Source of the DNA: an uncultured cyanobacterium
GTDB taxonomy: Bacteria > Cyanobacteriota > Cyanobacteriia > Pseudanabaenales > Pseudanabaenaceae
NCBI GenBank assembly: GCA_963703315.1
Contig: OY969811.1
Coordinates: 864,001 to 928,000 of the forward strand
Direction: 5' to 3'
DNA length: 64,000 nt
Position 1 is the first letter of the stretch. Every line of letters begins with the position of its first letter. Of this stretch, positions 20,247-28,853 are shown piece by piece. The position numbers and the translations under genes are program-made. The notes under the pieces are model-generated. The model saw only the letters and a list, made by a program, of their open reading frames with translations. It was not told the origin of the DNA and did not search any database.

Positions 20247-20851
20247 AGATTGCAATTTTGGTGGAAGGGGCTACGGAATCAGCCTTTAGAGATAAGCTGC
20301 GTGAGTTTTTGCAAAAATATTTAGCACAAAATATGCCGAGGTTAAAGTTTATTCCACAGGATGGGAGAATTCCTAAAGAAGATAAGTTAAAGCGGCTTGT
20401 GGAAAATTTATTGAGTGGGAAAGATGCTTATGATGCTGTGATTGCCTTGACAGATGTATATACGGGGTCAAGAGATTTTGTAGATGCGGCTGAAGCCAAA
20501 GCAAAAATGACTGCATGGGTTGGTAATAATCCCAAGTTCTATCCACATACTGCTTGTCACGATTTTGAGGCATGGTTACTTCCCTATTGGAGCGCAATCC
20601 AAAAGATTGCTAAACATAACCGTTCTGCACCCAGTGGCGCACCAGAGCAGGTAAATCACAATAAACCGCCTTCTTATTGGATTAAGGAGATTTTTAAATT
20701 AGGTGACTGCAAAAGAGACTATAGCAAGATCATTGATGGCAAAGCTATTCTCAAAAATCAAGATCTGATGATTGCGATTAAAGCCTGTCCAGAGCTAAAG
20801 GATTTTGTAAACCGAATTATTATTTTGTGTGATGGTGAGGTGATTACCTAA
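20243..20851 (+). CDS. DUF4276 family (TOPRIM-like) protein
   Basis: ILVEGATE, ALTDVY, HDFEAWLL, PEQVN; ATGA coupling to the ATPase. Confidence 0.82.
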   Translation: MKIAILVEGATESAFRDKLREFLQKYLAQNMPRLKFIPQDGRIPKEDKLKRLVENLLSGKDAYDAVIALTDVYTGSRDFVDAAEAKAKMTAWVGNNPKFYPHTACHDFEAWLLPYWSAIQKIAKHNRSAPSGAPEQVNHNKPPSYWIKEIFKLGDCKRDYSKIIDGKAILKNQDLMIAIKACPELKDFVNRIIILCDGEVIT

Positions 20852-20936
20852 ATGTAAATTTTTTGGCGATCGCATTAACAAAATATCACTCTTGCTATAA
20901 TTCTCAACAAGAATCATGTAATTCACAACCTTACAA

Positions 20937-21154
20937 CCCACATTCCGCTCTTATTTTACTGAAAAAAATATTTAGAAAACAAATCCTTATACAGTAAGTA
21001 TTTTGGGCTTTCGTCAGAAAAATAACACTATCTTAATATTGTCAATAATGACGTACTAATAGGAGTCATTATCATTAATTTTCCAGAAAATCGCTGAAAC
21101 CCTCATTGTCTCGTTGTAAATATTTTTAGGCCTCCATTACGAGCGGAATGTGGG
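20937..21154 (+). mobile_element. 218-bp MITE, probably IS1634-derived, copy 1
   Basis: 14-bp TIR CCCACATTCCGCTC/GAGCGGAATGTGGG; 6-bp TSD TTACAA; inverted twin at 57331-57548. Confidence 0.92.
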
Positions 21155-21165
21155 TTACAAAACAC

Positions 21166-21450
21166 ATGGCTACAGTTCAGTTTAAGATAGAGGACAATGC
21201 AGAACTAGAACTACTACAAAAAATCAATCAAACTTTACCAGAGGAGTTGCAGCAACAATACAACGATTTAAGCGCAAAGATGAGATCGCAAACTATCACG
21301 CCCGAAGAACATCAAAACTTACTCAAGCTGATTGATATTGTTGAACAAGCTGATGGCGATCGCCTCCAGCATCTTATCCAGTTATCACAACTACGGAATA
21401 TTTCACTAGCTGAATTAATGAAGCAGTTACAAGTCAGTTCTGAAGATTAA
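21166..21450 (+). CDS. Small helical protein of the family found beside cyanobacterial HNH genes
   Basis: ELLQKIN..LPEELQQQY..L..K.....TITPEEH..LL pattern; start at MATVQ. Confidence 0.7.
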   Translation: MATVQFKIEDNAELELLQKINQTLPEELQQQYNDLSAKMRSQTITPEEHQNLLKLIDIVEQADGDRLQHLIQLSQLRNISLAELMKQLQVSSED

Positions 21451-21464
21451 CGTAACGATTTTTT

Positions 21465-21911
21465 CTACTGTTGCGGATCATCATCAGGTGGATGCATTCT
21501 GGCTAGAACCCATTGCCGTCGAGCATTTTGGATGAAAGGCTCCTCACGACGTGCATCATTCAAATCGAGACGATTACAAGTGGCACGTCCAATGGAAGTT
21601 TTGCCAATAATCTCTAATCCATCAGATGACCACATGAAATGTGTAGACCATTTTTGCTGACGAGGATTAAACAGATCGGATTCTATTCCTGTAGTGGGAT
21701 CAATGCCACTAGTAAAGTTGTAGCGTATTTCATTACAGCGCCAACAAGCGAGAGCAAGGTTTTCTATGTCATCGCTACCGCCAAGAGACTGAGGTTGAAT
21801 GTGATCGATTGAAAGAGGGGCAGAACTGAGCAATTCTGGATAGTGACAATATTCACAGCGAAATTGAGCGCGTTGTCTTACGGCTGTGTAGACCGATTTA
21901 GATATGGGCAT
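21465..21911 (-). CDS. HNH endonuclease
   Basis: RCEYCH, IDHIQPQSLGG, NLALACWRCN, LFNPR, GRAT; start at MPISK. Confidence 0.92.
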   Translation of the reverse strand: MPISKSVYTAVRQRAQFRCEYCHYPELLSSAPLSIDHIQPQSLGGSDDIENLALACWRCNEIRYNFTSGIDPTTGIESDLFNPRQQKWSTHFMWSSDGLEIIGKTSIGRATCNRLDLNDARREEPFIQNARRQWVLARMHPPDDDPQQ

Positions 21912-22143
21912 TGCTATTGGCAGCGATCGCTGCATTAATATAGCTAAAAATCTCGTCTAGTTCTCCAATCGCTTCTAGCTCAAGATTTTCTGTGGTGGTA
22001 AGTGTATCTGTCTTTTTCTTATCGAGTAGGGTTTGGAGACGATCGCCTAGCTCATCGGTAAATTTAAAGAGCGTAAGATGGTTGATTTGCTGTATGCGCA
22101 TTCCTCTGGGGAGAAGGGATGATGGTTTTAGCAATGTACTCAT
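21898..22143 (-). CDS. Small helical protein, putative antitoxin of the HNH gene
   Basis: Overlaps the HNH start; RLQTLLDKKK..TLTTTE..EL pattern. Confidence 0.7.
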   Translation of the reverse strand: MSTLLKPSSLLPRGMRIQQINHLTLFKFTDELGDRLQTLLDKKKTDTLTTTENLELEAIGELDEIFSYINAAIAANSNAHI

Positions 22144-22157
22144 AGTATTTCACTTTT

Positions 22158-24668
22158 TTATTTAGATGAGTAATGAGTCGTATAAATCTCACAAAATTTA
22201 TCAGCCGTTAAATTGTGATAGATTAATCTTTCCCTAATAGCTTTTTCATCATTTATTTTATTTTCTAAACATATAGAACTGATAAAGTCAGATATATTTT
22301 TACACAAGAGATCAAGTTTTTCTACATTAACAATTCGGGTACTTGGCTTAAGGAAAGCGTCAGAATCTAGTTTTACTGATGGATGAATTAAAACAGGTGT
22401 AAAGATACAAGTATGATCATAAGTGTTTGTAAACCATACCTCTGCTCCGTTTATCTGATCGCAATAACGTTTGTTAATACTATCTGTAGTAGCTCCATTT
22501 TTACACTCAATAACTAAATATTTTAAACTGCCAAGAGACCACAATACATCTGATCCTTTGCCTATTTCTTCTTCAGGTCTTTGACTATCAAATCCTATAT
22601 AGAGCGCAATTTTCTTTAACGCTTCTTCAAATATTGGGGCAGTATCTGGCTTAAATACTAAAGATTCTAACAACCCATTTACTGCAACAACAATTTTATT
22701 AGGATTATTATCAAATTTTTGTCTTAAGTAATCTCTGCACAGCCTAGCTTGATCCATAACTTTGGATTCAAGTTTATGGTATGCAATTCCACAAATAGGT
22801 TTAGTTAATTTAGGGTTATCTCTAACTGCCGACATTAATGTCTTTTGAGCTTCCACGGAATCGCTAAAGTTAATATATTCGGCTAAACATTGTTTCAAAT
22901 AGGACTTCAGATTTTTATCTTCTGCGATGTTTACAATATTCCTAAGCTCATTAATAGCAGAATCAAAGTTTTTTCCATGTGCGAAATCGTATGCTTTTCT
23001 TAGACCAACCGTTATTAAATCAGGCTCGCTTTGGGATTGATATGAAAGTGATGCTAATACGCCCTTGCTTTTAAATACCCATTGAGGATTTCTATCCAAG
23101 CAATACATCATTACTTCTTTGATTTCATCTAACCCTTTTCCTCTAATCTGATCTGAAATTTCGTCTGAAAGATTTTTTTGAGCTTTAGTAGCTGGAGAAA
23201 AACGGTTTATTTCACCACCTGCATATAGTTGACTAGTAAGATTTCGCCCCATCAAGAAAACAACACAGTAATCCTCGCTTGATCTAACTCCCCGTCCCAT
23301 TCCTTGTTCAATCTTTTGGATTAATTGATTGTTTTTTCTTGGACTTTCCATCAAAATACTAGCCTCAACCTTGTCTATTTCTCGACTAATATTTGGCAGT
23401 TCATCAATTACAAGAAGTCTACACGCATCTTTAGGTAAGTCTATTCCATCATAGCGATTTACTAGGACTACCAAACCAACTCTTTTAGGCTGTTTTAATA
23501 GTTCTACTCCTTCATACAAATTATATTTGTCCAAAATAAGCACAGCTTGATCTTTCCAAAACTTAGCTCTTTCATGCGATGGCACAATAACAACTACATT
23601 AATATGCTGTGAAATCGACTTACAGAAGCTCTTAATTTGAAGATCTGTAATCTCTGGATTGATTACTTGAGGAAGAAAAATCATTCTATCGCCAATATCC
23701 CCTGCTGTATCAGGTACAACTGCTTTGTTGATAGAATTTTCTGTAATGCCAAAATGGCTAGACAAGATACTATCATCCACTAAAGTTGCTGTCATAAATA
23801 TTCTTCTTTGAGCATTGGTAATGCTTGGAATCATATGGATTGGGATGAAGTGTGGAGTAATCTCTATCTTTTTCGAGCTAACAACGCATCTTGATAAATG
23901 CAATGATTCTTTTACCAATGACCATACAAAGGTAAACCAGTTATCCTTTTCGTTCTTTTTATAGTCTTTATGCTTTATTAATATCCTTAATATCTCTGAT
24001 GTGTTATCCTGCCACTTCCAGAAAGGAACTTGCATATAAGCATGAAGATTTTCTTCAATCTCAATAGCTTTGGAGTCGCATTGAGCATGAAGAGATTCTT
24101 TAAAGCAGTTGTAGATTTCTTTATATGCAGGATTTGCTATATCAATTGTTAATGTGAATTGTTCTTCAACTGTATCTAGACAAGCATGGGCATCATCAAT
24201 AAGGAGGCTTCCAATTTTAATTTTCCTTCCTTCGTCTCCAACTCCAAAAACAGATTTTCCATTAACTAGCTTCTGGATATTAACAACTAAAATAGCTTTG
24301 CCAGATAAGAATCTATGAGAAAGATGATCTTCAGTTACTTCAATACCAATATCTTTAGCTTCTTTAGAAACTTGCTGTACTAAGTAATTATCAGGCACTA
24401 CATATACCGCGGGACTTTTATTTTCGTTTAAGCAGCTTTTTAAAATGAGTAGCCCAACTACGGTTTTTCCACTCCCAGTATTCATCTTAATTACAAGATC
24501 TTTTTCATCTCTCCTTGAATGCCATTTTTCCCACACCTGTGTTTGAACATCTCTCGGATATTCAAATCTACCTTCTTTTTTATTTGGAAGAGCGGCAAAT
24601 ATTTCTCTAGGATGAATAGCTGTATCACTATTGTTACCACCGCTAAGTTTGTCAAAGTCAATAAGCAT
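22158..24668 (-). CDS. SF2 helicase with C-terminal PD-(D/E)xK nuclease (Hna-like defence protein)
   Basis: NTGSGKT, IDDAH, MTAT, QGMGRGVR; C-terminal GSDVLW..IECKNG; AT-rich, no HIP1 seen. Confidence 0.8.
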   Translation of the reverse strand: MLIDFDKLSGGNNSDTAIHPREIFAALPNKKEGRFEYPRDVQTQVWEKWHSRRDEKDLVIKMNTGSGKTVVGLLILKSCLNENKSPAVYVVPDNYLVQQVSKEAKDIGIEVTEDHLSHRFLSGKAILVVNIQKLVNGKSVFGVGDEGRKIKIGSLLIDDAHACLDTVEEQFTLTIDIANPAYKEIYNCFKESLHAQCDSKAIEIEENLHAYMQVPFWKWQDNTSEILRILIKHKDYKKNEKDNWFTFVWSLVKESLHLSRCVVSSKKIEITPHFIPIHMIPSITNAQRRIFMTATLVDDSILSSHFGITENSINKAVVPDTAGDIGDRMIFLPQVINPEITDLQIKSFCKSISQHINVVVIVPSHERAKFWKDQAVLILDKYNLYEGVELLKQPKRVGLVVLVNRYDGIDLPKDACRLLVIDELPNISREIDKVEASILMESPRKNNQLIQKIEQGMGRGVRSSEDYCVVFLMGRNLTSQLYAGGEINRFSPATKAQKNLSDEISDQIRGKGLDEIKEVMMYCLDRNPQWVFKSKGVLASLSYQSQSEPDLITVGLRKAYDFAHGKNFDSAINELRNIVNIAEDKNLKSYLKQCLAEYINFSDSVEAQKTLMSAVRDNPKLTKPICGIAYHKLESKVMDQARLCRDYLRQKFDNNPNKIVVAVNGLLESLVFKPDTAPIFEEALKKIALYIGFDSQRPEEEIGKGSDVLWSLGSLKYLVIECKNGATTDSINKRYCDQINGAEVWFTNTYDHTCIFTPVLIHPSVKLDSDAFLKPSTRIVNVEKLDLLCKNISDFISSICLENKINDEKAIRERLIYHNLTADKFCEIYTTHYSSK

Positions 24669-24736
24669 ATATTTACTCTACTTTTTAAAATAACTAAACT
24701 TAATTAATCGAAAAAACTATAAGGATAATTAATCTT

Positions 24737-24895
24737 GGCTCAATATGCGTTTCGGGGAGATGCTTTAGCTTAAATGGCTAAAATGCTTGATGTGCAATAG
24801 TTTTAGCCTCGGAGGTCTTTGATAGCTGAAACACTCGCCATTAAAAGCATTGAGCCGTTTATCATGTTTGACCTCCCCGAAACACCTATAGAGCC
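24737..24895. mobile_element. 159-bp MITE, probably ISL3-derived
   Basis: Imperfect TIRs GGCTCAATATGCGTTTCGGGGAG / CTCCCCGAAACACCTATAGAGCC; 8-bp TSD TTAATCTT at 24729-24736 and 24896-24903. Confidence 0.85.
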
Positions 24896-24907
24896 TTAAT
24901 CTTAAAT

Positions 24908-25390
24908 TTACAAAAGATTAAAGAATGCTGAATCGATCTCGTAGCCTAAGCTTTGAGTCATTTGTTGTAACTTTGCTGTGCTTTCAATGCCACGAGACTT
25001 TAGCCAAAGAGAAATCGTGAATACCTTCTGCATTACAAAAAGCTCCAGTGCTTCAGGATTGTATTGCAATACATAGCCATCACCTTCGCGCTTAAACTCG
25101 TGGGGAACTAGCATCGCTGCATAGCGACTGAGTTCTGCACGCCAATCGAGGAGATAGCTAAACCAAGGATAGGTGGCATCGAGACGCACAAACCAGAGAC
25201 GCACTTCCGAGATTTCTGATAGTTCGCGAGGGTCGCCATCTTCCTTATCCCATACAAGTTCGATTTGAAACTGGCGATCGCCTTCGGGAATTTCATCCCA
25301 ATTTGCTAACAACTTCTCGATCGCAATTTTGGCAGGAGTAATATCCAGCGACTCAATACAGGCTTGGTTGACGTAGATTACAGTAGACAT
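24908..25390 (-). CDS. CRR6 family NdhI maturation factor (DUF1817)
   Basis: DPRELSEISEVRLWFVRLDATYPW, RYAAMLVPH, YNPEALE. Confidence 0.9.
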   Translation of the reverse strand: MSTVIYVNQACIESLDITPAKIAIEKLLANWDEIPEGDRQFQIELVWDKEDGDPRELSEISEVRLWFVRLDATYPWFSYLLDWRAELSRYAAMLVPHEFKREGDGYVLQYNPEALELFVMQKVFTISLWLKSRGIESTAKLQQMTQSLGYEIDSAFFNLL

Positions 25391-25435
25391 AAGTTTTTAG
25401 ATAGAATTGGGCGGCGCAACGCGCCGCCCTAATGT

Positions 25436-26410
25436 TTATTTTTTCGGTAAGTTTTCGCGAGGATCGAAGGATTGGATTGCTAGCAACTTTTCGTAGAGTT
25501 CGCGTTCTTGCTTGCTAGGGTTTTTGGGAACTACAATCTGAACTTCTACATATTGATCACCAAAGGTTCTTGCATCTTTAGGGAAACCTTTGCCTGAGAG
25601 ACGCAATTGCTGCCCCGACTTAACGGCTGGTGGGATAGTTAATTTTACGAGTCCGCCCAGAGTCGGAACTTCCACTTGAACACCTAGAACAGACTCACTA
25701 GGTGAGATTGGTAACTGACAGCGAATATCGTGACCCTCAAGGGTAAAGAAGTTGTGGGGTTTGAGGGTAATTTTGAGATAGAGATCGCCGCCCGATGCAC
25801 CTTGACCTTTGAGGCGGATTCTTTGACCTGACAGTACACCTGCGGGCATATTCACCTCTAGCGATCGCCCATCTTCGAGGCGAATGCGTTCACGACCACC
25901 CACGTAGGCTCGTTCTAGAGGTAACTCCAATACTGCCTCAGAGTCACGGCGTGGGGTAGGGCGTGGTGGGGCTTGAGTACTGGTGCGATAGGAAGATGAT
26001 GAGCCACCTGTATCTTGAGCGCGTTCGTTAGTGCGGAATTTGCCTAATAATTGATCGACAAATTCTTGGAAGTCGTTATATTGGCTAAAGTCCACATCGC
26101 CTGTATAGCCGCCACGCTCAAAGTCTGGCGTATACTGCTCGCGAGAGGATGGTGCGCGTCCACCTTGACCTTGGAAGCCACCTTGTTTCCAATATTGTCC
26201 AAAGCGATCGTATTGTTGGCGTTTGGTTGTGTCTGACAGCACCTCGTAGGCTTCACCAATATCTTTGAAGCGTTCCTCGGCTGCCTTATCTCCAGGATTG
26301 AGGTCGGGATGATATTTCCGCGCTAACCTGCGATAGGAGCGCTTGATTTCGTCAGCCGTAGCTGTCTTCGGCACACCGAGGATTTCATAATAATTGCGAA
26401 AGTTTTGCAT
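25436..26410 (-). CDS. DnaJ-class chaperone (J domain + DnaJ_C, CbpA-like)
   Basis: HPD J-domain; no zinc finger; DnaJ_C tail. Confidence 0.93.
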   Translation of the reverse strand: MQNFRNYYEILGVPKTATADEIKRSYRRLARKYHPDLNPGDKAAEERFKDIGEAYEVLSDTTKRQQYDRFGQYWKQGGFQGQGGRAPSSREQYTPDFERGGYTGDVDFSQYNDFQEFVDQLLGKFRTNERAQDTGGSSSSYRTSTQAPPRPTPRRDSEAVLELPLERAYVGGRERIRLEDGRSLEVNMPAGVLSGQRIRLKGQGASGGDLYLKITLKPHNFFTLEGHDIRCQLPISPSESVLGVQVEVPTLGGLVKLTIPPAVKSGQQLRLSGKGFPKDARTFGDQYVEVQIVVPKNPSKQERELYEKLLAIQSFDPRENLPKK

Positions 26411-26489
26411 ATTTCCCGAACTGCAAACATGGAGATAACTTAGCTTAGCCTAACCAGTGATTAGTTGCGGCGCTTTGCGCCGCAACTAA

Positions 26490-27851
26490 TCAGATCCAAC
26501 TACGCAACCACATTAGCACGGGCAAATAACCTGAGGAGATCGGTAAACCGATATAAATTGGTAGCCAGAAGATAAAAGCGATCGCGACTAGCCCAAAAAT
26601 TGTTGAGCCGATCGCCCTGATATTTGGTAAAGGCGATCGCCACATTATGGATACCAATAGGGCAAGGGCGGCAAAGGCAAACACGGAGGCAGGCATATAG
26701 TGATATAGAAATATGCAACGCTTACTTAAGCTCCAAGGCAACCAATGGGCAAGAAAACTAACTATTACATAGAGCGCAAACCAGAATAAAGGCGATCGCT
26801 CGCGTGGATGAATATTTGTTAATGACTTGGGCGGGAATCTAAATTTAGAGACAATCACAAAAGTGAGGCAGACTAACAGGGCGATCGCACTCAGCCAATA
26901 TAAAAATGGATTGCCCATCGCATGGACAAATTCCACCATGCTATTGGGGCGCATTTCAAAAAAATAAGCAACTGGGCGAATTAATAGCACCCAACTCCAC
27001 CAAGGCGAACAATAGGGATGAATCGGTTCCGTTTTGCCAACGCCTAAATTTTGATGAAAGCCAAGAATCTGTCGATGCAGTTCCCAAATATCGCGTTCGG
27101 GATTAATCATTAAATGAGGAATCCACTGCACAAAGTAGAAGGCGATCGGCAGAATAATTAATCCAATTACAATTTGGGCGACATTCAAGCTTTGCCGATA
27201 ACGCGACCATGCATAGACAGCGAGTGCCACAATACCAACAATATAAGGCAATCCCGTCCATTTCACGCTCACCGATGCACCAAACATTAAACCTGTGGCG
27301 ATCGTCCAAATCCATCGTTGTCGCGATCGCTTCAGGGCAAGCACCATACATAACTGGCTCAGCATCCCGAACAACAAAATATAGATATTGATTAAGCCAA
27401 AGCGTGACTCTACCAATAGCAATCCATCCATCGCCACAAACCAACCCGTTAGCCATGCCCAACTGCGGCGATCGCTCAGTTGCCAAATAAATTCATAGGT
27501 AATTAAGGGTAATAGCGAACCTGCGAGGGCAGTCATCAACCGATAGCCTAGGGGTGCATAACCAAAAATCTGAATTCCTAAAGCAATGATGTACTTTGCT
27601 AATGGCGGATGAGCATCAAATAAAGTTTCGCCACGTAAATAGTTTTGAGCAAATTTGGGATAATAAACCTCATCAAAAACTATATCGGCTGTGCCATCCA
27701 AATTCCAAAAGCGCGTGGCAAATGCAACCAAAGCGATCGCCATTACCCCAAATACTGGATGTTCTGACAACCAAATTAGTCGATCGGATAGTCGATCAAA
27801 CACTCGAACGAAGGGATTAATAATTAGGCGATCGCTACCTTCATTTGCCAT
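26490..27851 (-). CDS. PMT-family phospholipid-carrier glycosyltransferase (protein mannosyltransferase-like)
   Basis: VFDEVYY, DAHPPLAK, HPYCSPWWSW, GNP, FLYHY. Confidence 0.9.
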   Translation of the reverse strand: MANEGSDRLIINPFVRVFDRLSDRLIWLSEHPVFGVMAIALVAFATRFWNLDGTADIVFDEVYYPKFAQNYLRGETLFDAHPPLAKYIIALGIQIFGYAPLGYRLMTALAGSLLPLITYEFIWQLSDRRSWAWLTGWFVAMDGLLLVESRFGLINIYILLFGMLSQLCMVLALKRSRQRWIWTIATGLMFGASVSVKWTGLPYIVGIVALAVYAWSRYRQSLNVAQIVIGLIILPIAFYFVQWIPHLMINPERDIWELHRQILGFHQNLGVGKTEPIHPYCSPWWSWVLLIRPVAYFFEMRPNSMVEFVHAMGNPFLYWLSAIALLVCLTFVIVSKFRFPPKSLTNIHPRERSPLFWFALYVIVSFLAHWLPWSLSKRCIFLYHYMPASVFAFAALALLVSIMWRSPLPNIRAIGSTIFGLVAIAFIFWLPIYIGLPISSGYLPVLMWLRSWI

Positions 27852-27923
27852 AACAGATCGCTTTTAAAATAAGACGGTTGAGGATGTAGAGAAATTTTGT
27901 AAGCTGTAAAAAAAATCGATAAC

Positions 27924-28169
27924 CTAGCGCTCAAATAAGCTACGTATAAGTTCATCTTTTGTCAAGCCAAAATGATTAGCGATATCAGCTAGGATTGCAG
28001 ATAGAGTGCCAACTCGCAAAGGATTGTGATAGGGGATTGTAACGTTATGTTCGCCATTTTGTTGAGTAGTCAAGCGTATATGGCTACCAGTTTGACGAGT
28101 GTTTTCATAGCCAAATTTACTCAGAAGTTTTACTAAATCTGCACCTGAAATATCGCGGGGTATTCTCAT
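27924..28169 (-). CDS. hicA: HicA family toxin
   Basis: RQTGSHIRL, VTIPYH, GTLSAIL. Confidence 0.9.
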   Translation of the reverse strand: MRIPRDISGADLVKLLSKFGYENTRQTGSHIRLTTQQNGEHNVTIPYHNPLRVGTLSAILADIANHFGLTKDELIRSLFER

Positions 28170-28372
28170 ACAGCAATAACTTCTTCGCGAATAAAGTGCA
28201 AGCGAATTATTCTTGGTAAAACTGTTTCATCAAAATGACAACGAACTGCATCACGGATTAGCGCGTATAGTTCATCTAAAGAATCGGCTTCTGTGAAAAT
28301 AGATGCGCTTAAAGCACGGGCAATATAGCCGCCTTCATCGGCATCTTCGATAATAAACATGATCTCGTTCAT
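28166..28372 (-). CDS. HicB-like antitoxin (short form)
   Basis: MNEIMFIIEDADEGGYIARA..IFTEADSLDEL..IRDAV; ATGA overlap with hicA. Confidence 0.85.
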   Translation of the reverse strand: MNEIMFIIEDADEGGYIARALSASIFTEADSLDELYALIRDAVRCHFDETVLPRIIRLHFIREEVIAV

Positions 28373-28454
28373 TGATTTACCATTTTGTGAGCATAAATTT
28401 ATCATCGCTACTTTCATATTTTGCCATAGGCGATCGCTGTCAGGAGAAGATGGT

Positions 28455-28640
28455 TTATCGTTCAAATAAACGAATTGTTTTTGGTAAAATGGCTTCATCA
28501 AAATGACAGCGAACTGCATCACGGATTAGATCGTATAGTTCTTCTAAAGAATCGGCTTCTGTAAAAATGGATGCACCTAAAGCACGGGCAATGTATCCGC
28601 CTTCATCGGCATCTTCGATAATAAACATGATCTCGTTCAT
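28455..28640 (-). CDS. Duplicated HicB-like antitoxin with altered C-terminus (possible pseudogene)
   Basis: Near-identical to 28166-28372 at an offset of ~268 bp; ends IRLFER*. Confidence 0.7.
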   Translation of the reverse strand: MNEIMFIIEDADEGGYIARALGASIFTEADSLEELYDLIRDAVRCHFDEAILPKTIRLFER

Positions 28641-28853
28641 TAATTACCTTTACTTTGCTGGCATAAATGTATTATCGCTACTTTCATATTTTGCCATAGC
28701 CGATCGCTGCCTAGAGACGACGATTGATCGCTGCGGTTTTAGATGTTGCGAATAATCAAGCATCAAGTTTTGCATAGGCTAGTCTAATTTTGTGATAAAA
28801 AAATGGTGTTTCGGGCTATAACAGGTTTAACAGAAAAATTGGTTGAGTGAAAT

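Noticed and set aside
21148..21165. MWVTKH start of ORF 21148..21450
   Set aside because: ATG lies in the MITE terminal repeat; native start is more likely 21166
24737..24895. CRISPR-leader-like appearance
   Set aside because: Bounded by TIRs and an 8-bp TSD, with no repeat array nearby
28373..28522. N-terminal extension of the 118-aa ORF 28166..28522
   Set aside because: Runs through the duplicated promoter and overlaps the second copy; real start is 28372
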